Under the pieces are notes generated by a model. That model had not been told where the DNA came from. It worked only from the letters and a program-made list of their open reading frames with translations, and made no database searches. Both the position numbers and the translations under genes were made by a program. Shown here in pieces: positions 51,036 through 61,098 of a stretch of DNA of 64,000 bases; the first letter of the stretch is position 1, and every line of letters begins with the position of its first letter. Location of the stretch: NCBI GenBank assembly GCA_918797485.1, contig CAKKNE010000005.1, positions 372,001 through 436,000 on the forward strand. Direction: 5' to 3'. This stretch comes from Pelagomonas calceolata (Eukaryota).

Positions 51036-52868
51036 ATGGAGCTCACCCACGTCTTCGGCTTAGCGTCCATTGTCTTCTTACTAGCAGCTATTTACGTGCT
51101 CCGAAGCGGCGACAAGGACGAACAACCAGTAATAAAAAAGCGAGTCAAGAGAGAAGCCCCCAACGGCCGCGTCCATATCTACTTCGGCTCTCAAACGGGC
51201 ACCGCCGAAGGCTACGCCAAGACCATCGCGGACGAAGCGAATAGAAGAGGTTTTGATGCCGAGGTCATCGACCTGGAAGATTTTGATGATGACCACATGA
51301 CGGCGCCGCTCCAGCTCTTCGCCATGGCGACCTATGGGGAAGGCGAGCCGACGGACAACGCGCATCAGTTCGTGGACTGGCTCAAGGCGTCGAAGGATTC
51401 GGGGATTTTGGATGGCAAAAGATTCGCGGTCTTTGGCCTCGGAAACAGGCAATATCAACATTTCAATTCCATGGGCAAACTCACAGATAAATATCTGGAG
51501 AAGGCCGGCGCGGAGCGCGTGCTGGAGGTGGGTCTTGGTGATGATGATGCTGACCTCGAAGCTGATTTCGATCAATGGCGGGAGAACCTCTGGTCGACCT
51601 TGGGAGTCGTGGAAGAGTCGGGAGACGTCCAGGCCTCCCTGAGAGTGGTGTACGGTACTACTCCGACAAAGCCGCTGCAGTCGTCGACGCAGTTTTACGG
51701 GAGCAAAGCCACGTTCACCGTAACAGCTAAAAGAGAATTGAGGACACCTAAGGACGGCGGCTCGACGATCCACGTCGAGTTCGCGACCGAGGCTCCGTAC
51801 GAGACGGCCGATAATTTGAGTATCTTACCTCGCAATTGTAGTGAAGACGTCTCGATGGTTGTGGACGCGTTGAGGCTCGGCGGGTCAAAACAGTTCTCGC
51901 TCGACACGGACGAGGACCGGGTCCCCTTCCCGTCGCCAGTTGCTATTCACGACGCGCTGGCGCAGTACTGCGACCTGACGGCCTTTCCGAAGCGCGGCAC
52001 TGTTGCCGCTCTCGTGCGAGCTGCTATCCAAGCGGGCGCTTCACCAAGTGATGCCCCGCCTTCTATAGACCAGAAAGATGTCTTTGGGAAGTGGGCCAAG
52101 GACGCGCCTACTTTAGCAAGGGCCGTGGCGAAGCTCAAGCCGTTATTTTCTTCCGTCGAGGACACGACTTCCGTCTTCGCCACGCTCCTAGAAAAAGGGC
52201 CTAGGTTACAGCCCAGAGCCTACACGATCTGCTCCTCGTCGAAGGCCGATGCGGAGTTGCATGTCGTTTGTGCCATCGCCGAACTGCCGCATAAGCAGAG
52301 AGGCGTCTGTAGCGCTTATTTGGCCGATTTACAAGTAGGCGACGTGGTACGAGGCGTCGTGAAGCCCTCGGCCTTCCGGGCGCCCATCACGAAGGCGCCC
52401 GTCGTGTTGATTGGGCCTGGTACTGGTATTGCACCCTTCAGAGCTGTTCTGAGGGAGCGCGCCGCGGCGCTCAAGGGTAACGGAGCATCGGGCGCCCCGT
52501 GGGGCCCCGCTCGCGTGTCCTCGGCCATCCTCTACTTCGGTTGTAAAAGGAGAGACGAGGACCACTTATATAGGGACGAGATGAGCGACTGGGACTGTAC
52601 GTTACACCTCGCGTACTCTCGAGAGCAAAAACATAAGGTGTATGTGCAGGATTTGATGCGGAAGAAGAACAACAGTGAGGCGTTAGCTTCGGCCATTATT
52701 GATGGCGGCGGCTCGGTCTATGTCTGTGGTGGGACGAGCATGGGAAGTGCCGTGCTGGAGGCCGTGAAAGACGCGCTGGAGGCGCGGCTGAAGGATCGGG
52801 CGCAGGCGGAGAAGTACGTGCAATCAATGCATGACGGAGGCAGATATGTGCAGGAGCTGTGGTCCTAG
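51036..52868 (+). CDS. POR: NADPH-cytochrome P450 reductase
   Basis: N-terminal anchor; 'FGSQTGTAE', 'ATYGEGEPTDNA', 'VFGLGNRQY.HFN', 'LQPRAYTI', 'GPGTGIAPFR', 'YVCG', 'RYVQELWS'. Confidence 0.93.
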   Translation: MELTHVFGLASIVFLLAAIYVLRSGDKDEQPVIKKRVKREAPNGRVHIYFGSQTGTAEGYAKTIADEANRRGFDAEVIDLEDFDDDHMTAPLQLFAMATYGEGEPTDNAHQFVDWLKASKDSGILDGKRFAVFGLGNRQYQHFNSMGKLTDKYLEKAGAERVLEVGLGDDDADLEADFDQWRENLWSTLGVVEESGDVQASLRVVYGTTPTKPLQSSTQFYGSKATFTVTAKRELRTPKDGGSTIHVEFATEAPYETADNLSILPRNCSEDVSMVVDALRLGGSKQFSLDTDEDRVPFPSPVAIHDALAQYCDLTAFPKRGTVAALVRAAIQAGASPSDAPPSIDQKDVFGKWAKDAPTLARAVAKLKPLFSSVEDTTSVFATLLEKGPRLQPRAYTICSSSKADAELHVVCAIAELPHKQRGVCSAYLADLQVGDVVRGVVKPSAFRAPITKAPVVLIGPGTGIAPFRAVLRERAAALKGNGASGAPWGPARVSSAILYFGCKRRDEDHLYRDEMSDWDCTLHLAYSREQKHKVYVQDLMRKKNNSEALASAIIDGGGSVYVCGGTSMGSAVLEAVKDALEARLKDRAQAEKYVQSMHDGGRYVQELWS

Positions 52869-52908
52869 GAGTTTGCATCGGAATAACAGCATTCAAGTTA
52901 CTAGTATA

Positions 52909-53889
52909 TCACAACACGGCGGGCGGCACTTCGGCGCGCGCGCGCTTCGGCGCCGGCGCGGCGACGTCGTCGTGCGCGCACGAGAGGCCGGGAAAGGCCG
53001 CGTAGCATCGATTCGAACCATCTATCTCGGCCCCGAAGAACGCGCGGAGCCGCTCGTCGGTGCCGGACCGCGCGCCGCAGAGCAACGACGCGCGCCGCAG
53101 CGCCGCCCGCGCGCCGTCGCCGCCGACAGCCGCCCAGAGCGCGGAGACCTCGTCCGCCGTCAACGCGCGTGACGCGCCCGCGGCTAGATCACCGAGCGCG
53201 ACGGGCCCAACCGCCGAACGGTGCAGCGTCCGCACGGCCTGGCCGGCGCGGTGGTGGAAGAGCCTTTTGACCACGTGGTTCGCCCCACTCTGGACGACGA
53301 CCTCGTAGGCGAAGCGGCTCTTCGGCGCGCAGCCCGCGGGGCGCGTATCGTCGCCGATGGGCTTCGAACTTTGAAACGTGACGGACTCGAAGCCTACCGG
53401 CGTACCGCGCTCGTTGCGGCCCTTCCGCCGCTCCGTCGCATTCTGTGGGAGGGGCTTCTTTTCGGTCAACGCTACAAGTTGCTCGGCCGTGAGCCCTTCC
53501 GACGCCCGCGGCGCGTCGATTTCGACGACGTAGGTCTTTGGTAGTAAACCAGGACACAGGATCAAACGGGAGAGCTCGAAGTCGTCCGTGAAGAGGAGCA
53601 GGCCCGTCGTCTTCTTGTCCAATTGGCCCACGTGACTCAGGGCCGCGCAGCCCGCCGGTCGGATGTCCTCGATCTTCTCGCCGGCTACCTTGTGGTAGGC
53701 GTGGACGCGGCTCGGTCGTTCCTTGCGTTCAATGGTCGCGCCGTCGACCTTGACTTCTTCTCCTGGGTACACGAGGCGCGCGCCGTCGGCGGGCGCGCCG
53801 TCGATCGTCGCGACGCCTTCGGTAATACCCGCGGCCGCGAGATATGCGTCGAGGCGCCGCGGCAGCGCGGCGAGCTCGTGGTCGGGCAT
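52909..53889 (-). CDS. RsuA-family pseudouridine synthase
   Basis: S4-like N-terminus; 'HVGQLDKKTTGLLLFTDD', 'KTYVV', 'GANHVVKRLF', 'LHRSAVG'. Confidence 0.85.
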   Translation of the reverse strand: MPDHELAALPRRLDAYLAAAGITEGVATIDGAPADGARLVYPGEEVKVDGATIERKERPSRVHAYHKVAGEKIEDIRPAGCAALSHVGQLDKKTTGLLLFTDDFELSRLILCPGLLPKTYVVEIDAPRASEGLTAEQLVALTEKKPLPQNATERRKGRNERGTPVGFESVTFQSSKPIGDDTRPAGCAPKSRFAYEVVVQSGANHVVKRLFHHRAGQAVRTLHRSAVGPVALGDLAAGASRALTADEVSALWAAVGGDGARAALRRASLLCGARSGTDERLRAFFGAEIDGSNRCYAAFPGLSCAHDDVAAPAPKRARAEVPPAVL

Positions 53890-54357
53890 CGATCGGTCCG
53901 TAGTGGCTTTGCGCAGGTGGCTTTATCGATGCGAGTTGGGCCCAATCGCTGCGCGAGACGACTTGTGCTATAGCCTAAGTAGTTCCAAATGCACCAGCGC
54001 TATGATGCACCGCACAGCTTGCCTTTTTTTGTGGGGCCTCGAGGCGCTGCGAGCTAGCGTCCAGTAAGACACTAGCAAGCGAAAGCCAAGCACAGTCCTG
54101 GCTTGCCCACGGCTAGCGTAAGCATAATATCCACCGGTAATCAAGCAAAGACAGACCATCGATACACGTGAAAAACCGTACGCGTCTCCTTGACTATTGA
54201 TCGACCGGGACAGAGATTTCCTGAAATCAGCCTGCTGGTGGTTACGACAAAAGTCACGCCGCGGCGTGCTTGCGTGGCGTGAGGCCTGCGTCGACGTCGC
54301 CTACATAAAGCGCCGCCGCCGCGACGTCGCATAAAAGCGCCGCCGCCGCCGCGCGAG

Positions 54358-55476
54358 ATGATGCATGAGGCGCCCGCGACGCCGCGCCGCCGGAGCTCGT
54401 CGGACGAGGACGCCTTCGCCGACGCGAATAAATATGATGACCTCGAGGAGGCCCAGGCGCTCTTGGCCGCCGAGAGCGGCGAAAAGCCGAAGCCCAAGGC
54501 GCCGCCGCGGAATTTATTTGGATTCTACCTCCAGTACTTCGCCGTGGGAGTGGTGTATGGCGGCCTCCCGTCGACGATCTACGGCTTCTTTTTGGGCTAT
54601 TTGAATGTGGAAGGTTATGTCTACGCTACCTGCGCGACAATCGTAGGATTGCCCTGGTCCTTCAAGTTCATCTTCGGCGCCATCAACGACTGCTTTCCAA
54701 TTTTAGGATATAGACGAAAACCGTACATGGTGATAGGCTGGTGCCTTTGTGCTTTAGCCCTTATTAGGTTGGCAACAATGCCGTTACCGGAGCCCTACTG
54801 GTGCGTCAACGCCGAGGACACGGCCTACGTGAGGGAAGAAAATGGCTTAGCCGCGGCCGCGTGCAACGCGGACGCAAAAAACATGGGTGGACAATTCGCG
54901 TTCTGGATGATGCTCGCGTCGCTGGGGTACTGCGTGGCCGACGTCGCGGCGGACGGGCTCATGGTCGCGTTGGCGAGGGCCGAGCCTGTCGCTTCGCGAG
55001 GCACGACGCAGACCTCGGTCTACATGGTTAGAACGTTCGGCAACGTCGTCGCCGTGTTAACGGTGGGCCTGTGCATGAACTCGTGGCGCTACAACGGCTC
55101 GTTTTCTTGGGGTCTATCGTGCTCGTGCTGAATCGTCGCGTCGTCCTCCACGCCATCGACGCGACTCCTGCTCGACGGCGTGGCGGTGTGAATTCCTCAC
55201 CGCTCGACCGAGCCAGGACGGCCGCGTCATCGCCGAGAAACGACTTAGTGAAGAATTGTCGGGTGCACCCGACGCACTGGTTGATTTCTACACAGGTCGC
55301 AACGGGCGGAAGCGCAGGCTAGGAAGAAATCATGGGACAAGTCCGACGCCTACGCGTGGACGTCGGTCGTCCTCATCAGCGTGGGGCTGGTCTACTCGGT
55401 GACGATCAACTTCCTCGCGATGTTTCCCTCGACGATGTGCCTGCGCATCGCGGGCGGGAACGGGTGCGGGGGGTAA
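54358..55476 (+). pseudogene. BT1/folate-biopterin-family transporter with its central part missing
   Basis: N-half 'LPWSFKFIFGAINDCFPILGYRRKPYMVIGW', 'ADVAADG', 'EP..SRG.TQ' stops at 55131 inside a truncated introner; a C-terminal exon 55296-55476 reads 'SQRAEAQ...FPSTMCLRIAGGNGCGG*'. Confidence 0.65.
55123..55295. mobile_element. 5'-truncated copy of the 16535 introner, in opposite orientation
   Basis: About 157/173 identity (manual count) to the reverse complement of the 16535 element; right TIR TTGATTTCTACACAG present, left TIR and TSD absent. Confidence 0.9.
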
Positions 55477-55777
55477 CGATAACTGTGCTAATCTTATAAG
55501 AGCTCCCCGGCGGCTCTCGCGGGGGGTGAGGGTTATTTTTTGCGCGGCGTACCGGCGTTCGACGACGAGTTCGTCCCCGCGCCCTGCAAAAGCGGCCTTT
55601 GGCTAGTGTGTTACAGGCTGCTAGCTCGATCCCGGGGAAGCGGGATTAAGCTGCAAATTCTCTACGACTGCACTTCACGCAACTTTCGCAGCACACTGCG
55701 GTCCCGGCGCTCTCGGAGCGGGGGTCACTGCGGTGACAGATTCTCTACGACTGCGGGTCAGCACGCCTGCAAGCAGC

Positions 55778-58006
55778 ATGGGTAAGAAACATAGAACCAA
55801 GAAGGATCCGTGCCCCAAGGGCTGCGGCGGGAGATTTGCGGCCGGTCCCATGGTAGCACACCTGAAGAGCTGCGGCCGCAACACGCCGCCGCCGAGCCAG
55901 ACCTACACGCTCTCGCCGGACGAAGATGTCTGGCCGAACTCCGAGATTAGATGCGTGCTCTGCGGGGGCCAGGCCCCGATGATCGCGCACCCTGTTACCA
56001 AAAAGCTCTTTGCCAGCTGCGCCAAGTGGTACGACCCGCGGCACCGAGACCGCGACGCCGCGCGGCGGGCGAGAAACGACAGCAAAGCCGCGCGGAGCGC
56101 CTTGGGCGGCCACTCCATGATTCAGGCGCGCGGCGACCAGATCATTGAGTGGCGCGCGCGGATCGAATCGTTGAACGGCTCGCGGCTAGACGAGCTGGTC
56201 GCGTTTACGTCAGAGAACCAGGACTGGCGCACCGACGACAACCGCTCCGTCCTCTTAGAAGCGCTGGCGCGGCGCGTCGAGATCACCGACAAGGAAGGCT
56301 ACTACTCGCGGCTCGAGACGCGACTGGGCGAGGTAGACCCGGCGGACGTGCCGAAGCTGTGGGGCGGCACGAACTACCGCGAGGTCTGCCAGAGCGTCCA
56401 GACGCTGGTGCGGTGCCCGCGCGGCGACCCCATGTTCGGCCGCCTCCCGCCGCTCACCACTTTATTGACATTCGGCACTGTAGAGTCCAGCCTGCTCGCG
56501 CTCGTCGACAAGGAGGTGCGGCGGATCAGGGCGTCCATGCGGAAGGCCGCGTCGGGTGCAGCGTCGCGACACGTTGTCCGTGAAAGATCACGTCTATCGA
56601 CGAACGTGCGCGGCCTCCTCATCTTCGACGTCAACCGGAGGTCCGCCGGCGTGCAGACGACGTCGGCGCTCGCGCAGCGGCGGCGCTGGCGCGACGGGCC
56701 GAACGGCTTCGGATTGCGCCTCAAGGCGGAAGGCGTGGGCCTCCTCGCGCAGTGCCTCCCGCGGCAGTTGCGGGTTGCAAGCCCTAGGGCCGTCAAAAAC
56801 CTCGACTGCGACTTCGGCGGCGTGGCCAACAACCAGCCCATCTACCAGGGGCCCAACGTCAAGTTGGACGGCGAGGGCCTCGTGGGCGACGCCACGACGC
56901 GCGAGTACTCCCGACCGGCCAATGTAGGCATTGCGCGCGTGCTCCAGACTTTGAGCAGCGGCGACCACGTCGTCTTGCAGGTCTGCTGTTTCGGCGAGGA
57001 GGTCGTCGAGTACCCGACCGACGGTGGGACCTGGCGCGACGATTTTGGGCGGGCGGCGGTCCACTTCCTAGCGACGTACGACGCGGGCGTCTACGACAAG
57101 CACGTGGCGCCGAATCCCAGAGAGTGGGCGCGCAACTGGACGCGCCACCTCCTCGAGGAGGACGGCTGCGGCGGCGTTATCTACGGCCGGCCCTGCAGCT
57201 TAGTCGTCAACGGCGAGACCTACGGCCGGTGCCCCTACACGGACCCGCTCTTCTGCCTCCTCGCAAATTCTTTAGATAGAACCGTGTGCCGCGTCGCATT
57301 GGACTTGGACTACCGCTGGGACCGCGACCAGCCGCGGGACGACACGTCCGTTCTACCGGCGTGGGCCGGCAACCGGGACTGGCGCGAGGCGCTCCTGCGG
57401 GCGGCGACGCCGCACGCTGACGACGCCCTGCGCATCGCCGAAGTCGAGATCCTGCCGCGCGTCGCGGCCGCGTTCGCGGACGAGGACGGCGACCCCTGTG
57501 CGGCGCTGCGCGAGGGCTACGCCGCCGTGGCGCTCGGCGCCGAGACGATGGGCCCGGGCCCCTATTTAGCTGGCGTCCGCCAGCGCTACGTCGATACCGT
57601 CGCGCCGACGGTCCTCGAGGAGCTCGGCCGCGCGCGACGCTTCGTGATCGAGACGTACAACGTCCACGACCTCGACGCCGGGCCCGTCAGCACGCGCTAC
57701 CGTTTCGAGCCGCGGACCGGGCTCGACGACCTCCTGGGCGCGCCGGACACCTCGCGGCTGCCGCCGGTGCCGAGGGCGTCGTCGCCCGGGCGCGGCGGCG
57801 TGGACGCGCTGACGAGCGCCCTCGCGGCGTCGCCCAGCAACTTCCAGGCGTCGTCGGACGACGACGACGCGGCGCTGCCCGAGGTCCCCAAGTCGCGCAC
57901 GCGCCGCCGCCGCCGGGCGCGCCGCCGCCGCCCGCCGGACGGCTCGACGCAGCCGGACTCGACGGCTCGGTCGCTGGGCGCGGGCGGCTTGCCGCCGGTC
58001 CTCTAG
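55778..58006 (+). CDS. Large hypothetical protein with N-terminal Zn-binding motifs
   Basis: ~740-aa uninterrupted frame; 'CPKGCG...HLKSC' and 'CVLCGG...FASCAKW'. Confidence 0.6.
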   Translation: MGKKHRTKKDPCPKGCGGRFAAGPMVAHLKSCGRNTPPPSQTYTLSPDEDVWPNSEIRCVLCGGQAPMIAHPVTKKLFASCAKWYDPRHRDRDAARRARNDSKAARSALGGHSMIQARGDQIIEWRARIESLNGSRLDELVAFTSENQDWRTDDNRSVLLEALARRVEITDKEGYYSRLETRLGEVDPADVPKLWGGTNYREVCQSVQTLVRCPRGDPMFGRLPPLTTLLTFGTVESSLLALVDKEVRRIRASMRKAASGAASRHVVRERSRLSTNVRGLLIFDVNRRSAGVQTTSALAQRRRWRDGPNGFGLRLKAEGVGLLAQCLPRQLRVASPRAVKNLDCDFGGVANNQPIYQGPNVKLDGEGLVGDATTREYSRPANVGIARVLQTLSSGDHVVLQVCCFGEEVVEYPTDGGTWRDDFGRAAVHFLATYDAGVYDKHVAPNPREWARNWTRHLLEEDGCGGVIYGRPCSLVVNGETYGRCPYTDPLFCLLANSLDRTVCRVALDLDYRWDRDQPRDDTSVLPAWAGNRDWREALLRAATPHADDALRIAEVEILPRVAAAFADEDGDPCAALREGYAAVALGAETMGPGPYLAGVRQRYVDTVAPTVLEELGRARRFVIETYNVHDLDAGPVSTRYRFEPRTGLDDLLGAPDTSRLPPVPRASSPGRGGVDALTSALAASPSNFQASSDDDDAALPEVPKSRTRRRRRARRRRPPDGSTQPDSTARSLGAGGLPPVL

Positions 58007-58364
58007 TCGCTGGCGCGGCACCCTTCCCCTTTCCCGCTTCGCAGAGTCTGTGCAACTCAGCGTCGTGTCGACGGCATATCTGTTGAATTAATGATATATG
58101 TCGTTACTTTAGTTGTCCCGCCCCACGTGTCGTCCCGCCCCGCCGGCAAACGACAGAATCAACAAATTGTGGTAGGGCCAGAAGAAGGACCCCGTCGACC
58201 TCACGCAGGACGCAAGCCATCTCCAACCAACTGTTCGGGCTCTGGCGGCCGTCGTTATCGGACTCGTCGAACTACATCGATGATACCCCTGAATTTCGGA
58301 GGACGCCGACGCCGACTTCGCGCCGCCGAAGAAGAAGCGCCGCCGCGGCGCCGCGAACAAGAAG

Positions 58365-59508
58365 ATGTCGGCGAGCGCCCGCGCAGACGCCCTCGCGGCG
58401 CTGGAGGCCGCGTGCCGCCGCGTGCCGCGGCGACCGACGCCGTCGGCCGCCGCGGTGCCGACGACGGCTCTTCTCATTCTGCCCGAGTGGCTGACGCCGA
58501 TAATGACGGGCGAAAAGACGGTAGAGCTGCGAGCGATTAGCTCGCTGAAACGTGGTGTACGCATCGGATTCTGCGGGTCGGGGACGGGGCGGTGCTGGGG
58601 TGAGGCTACGTTCTTGCACTGTGAAGGCCCGCTCGACGACGCGCGCCTCGCGGCGCTCCAGGACGCGCACGGCGTGAGGGCGCCGGAGGGTGCGGTCGAT
58701 GCCGGCGCGGCCATCCGGACCGCGCTCAACTGGAACAAGGTCGTCGTCGGCGTGGGAAACTTTCGCCGCGACGCCGTCACCGCGACACTCGCAGGTCTAC
58801 GCGTGGCACCTGACGGCGGCGGCGCCCTACGAAAAGCCGCTCGACTACGTCCATCCGTCGGGCGCCATCACCTGGGTCGACCTGCCGGCCGCCGTCGCCG
58901 CCGCCACGGCGCCGGGCGTCGCGACCGACGCCTGGCCGTGCCCGCAGTGCACGCTCCTGAACGCGCCGGCCGCGGCGGCCTGCAGCGCGTGCGACACGAG
59001 CCGGCCGCGCGCGACCGACGCCGCCGCTCCGGAAGGCTACGACGTCGACTCGGACAGCAGCGGGCCGCCGCGGCCGCGCGCCGCAGCGCCGGTCGTCGGC
59101 GATCGCGTGCTCAGACTGGACGACGTAGAAGGCGTCGTGAGGGCGCGGGGCCGCCCTGGCTGGTTTATGGTAGACCTGGACGGTTATGATAGCGCCATAG
59201 AGTTCGAGGCGAGCGAGTTGCGCGTTCTCTCGCCGGCCGACGCGAGCGACGACAGCGACGACGATCGGAATGCGCCGCGGGCCGCGGGCCGCTTCGACGA
59301 GTTCGCGTTCCGCGAGGCCAGCGCGCCGCCCCGTTCGCCGCGCCCCGAGGCCGTCCCCGAGAGCGTCGGCGAGATGCGCTCCCTAATCTCGAGCGCGGGC
59401 CTGTCGAGCGCCGACTGCGTCGAGAAGTCGGAGCTGCGGGCCCGGAGCGTGCTCGCGCTCGAGCGCCTCGCCGAGGCGAAGCGGCTCCGCGATGCGCGTA
59501 ACGAGTAA
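58365..59508 (+). CDS. ASCH/PUA-like + RanBP2 zinc finger + C-terminal helical domain protein; intron 58740-58794; true start probably upstream
   Basis: 'LILPEWLTPIMTGEKTVELR', spliced 'NK|VYAWHL...YEKPLDY.HPSGAITWV', 'WPCPQCTLLN....ACSAC', 'DCVEKSEL'. Confidence 0.75.
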
Positions 59509-59549
59509 TGTACATTACGGTCGGGCTAAAAATAATGCGAGCGATCGAA

Positions 59550-60614
59550 CTAAAGGTGGTGGTCGGGCGGCGGCGGCCCGTCGACGACGGCCGCGACGCG
59601 CTGCGACAATTCGAGGGCGAGGTCGTGGAGCGGGAGCACCGCAAACGGCTCCTCGATCTGCATGCCGATGTCCTCGATGCCCAGGACGAGAAAGGCCGTC
59701 AGGCCCGTCGACAGCGCGAGCGTCCAGTCCGAGGCGTGCAAGGGTGCCGTTGCCAATGGTAGACAGGCCAACCACGCCACCAGCGCGCGCGACGCGTGTC
59801 TGGAATAGGTCGGCGGGATGGGCGTGGAATAAATACGTTTGCAGCCGCCGAGCGCCGTGGCAACATCATCAATGCACGACTCATACCTATCGCGGGCATC
59901 TTTATCCGAACACCGCGCGCCCGCGTATCTAAGTCTCAGCACGATCGTCGCCGGCGTCACGAGGGGCTTGCCCTGCCTTTCTAGAATCCAGTTCCGCTCG
60001 GCGTCGTCGAGAAACGTCGCCTGGGCCGCCTCGAACGCGGCGTCATGATTAGGCCGCACGGCGCCCTTGAGCGACCACAGCATGAGGGCCAGGTAGGCCG
60101 CCGCGGTTTTCGCCGCCTCCTTCGCATTCTCATCAACCGCGGCCACCCAGAGCGTCGCGCAGGCGTCGATGCCGCGCGTCTTCACGACCCCCAGCAACCG
60201 GCGCGCGTCGTGGACCCGAGACGCCGCCTGGTTCGTGCGAAAAACAAGTAACAGACCGATGGACGACGCCTGGAAGCCCAAGGGTGCGAGCGGTAACGGC
60301 GGCAGGTCCAAGCGTCTTACAATTAACGCCCAGCCCATGGCCACCAACAACGCCGGCCAGATCTCCAGCAAAATTGTGCTTCTAAACCAGCCCACGACGT
60401 TCCGCACGTGCCTGCTTCTCCGAGAATGGGCCCGCCACTGGCGCGCGCCCCAGACCATTGACATCGATAAATGGGATGAGATCTTCCTCTTTTCGGTGTT
60501 GTCATCATTATGATGCTTCTGGGCGAGGCGTTTGCACGCGACGGCGAGGGCCGTATCACCTAAACGCGGCGACGCGGGCTTCGTGCCGTTCGTGTGCGTG
60601 GGGCGGCGGCGCAT
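59550..60614 (-). CDS. Bestrophin-like (UPF0187/VCCN1-type) anion channel
   Basis: 'IGLLLVFRTNQA.SR..DARR', 'RIYSTPIPPTYSRHASR', 'GIEDIGMQIEEPF'. Confidence 0.88.
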   Translation of the reverse strand: MRRRPTHTNGTKPASPRLGDTALAVACKRLAQKHHNDDNTEKRKISSHLSMSMVWGARQWRAHSRRSRHVRNVVGWFRSTILLEIWPALLVAMGWALIVRRLDLPPLPLAPLGFQASSIGLLLVFRTNQAASRVHDARRLLGVVKTRGIDACATLWVAAVDENAKEAAKTAAAYLALMLWSLKGAVRPNHDAAFEAAQATFLDDAERNWILERQGKPLVTPATIVLRLRYAGARCSDKDARDRYESCIDDVATALGGCKRIYSTPIPPTYSRHASRALVAWLACLPLATAPLHASDWTLALSTGLTAFLVLGIEDIGMQIEEPFAVLPLHDLALELSQRVAAVVDGPPPPDHHL

Positions 60615-61098
60615 CTTTCGACTGCTTGTGGACGTGCGCTATCGCGTCGATTGCGTATCGCTCGCTGCCTTGGGCGGGTTGCTCTTTACCTCTGAGCTAC
60701 AGTGTTGCTAGCGACGACTCTAGAGTCGAAAGCGGCTGCAGCAAATGCTGCCGAACTAGCTCGCAGCTTTCCGATAGCAGCACAGCAGCAGGCGTTCAGT
60801 TGCGACTGCTGTCCAGCGCTTCGTCTCTATTGCGTGCGCCTGCAGGCGCAAACCTGGAGTAAAAAATCGAGCTAGCGGCATGTAAGACACTAGCAAGTAC
60901 TAAAAATCGGAAGCTCGATCCGCTGCAGAGAGATTGCCAGAGGAACAGGGGCAGCCTGACCTCAGAGTGAGGGAAACGCTGCCCGTCTGCGCAGCACACA
61001 TCCAAAAACGCAAGCGCAGGCAGCTCCAGGGCAGCCTCTGGCCAGCCAGAGCGAGGCCGCCCGCCAGGGCAGCGGTCCGCGGTCCATGAGCAGCAATC

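Noticed and set aside
55778..58006. Autonomous transposase for the introners
   Set aside because: No recognisable DDE/hAT motifs and no flanking introner-type TIRs
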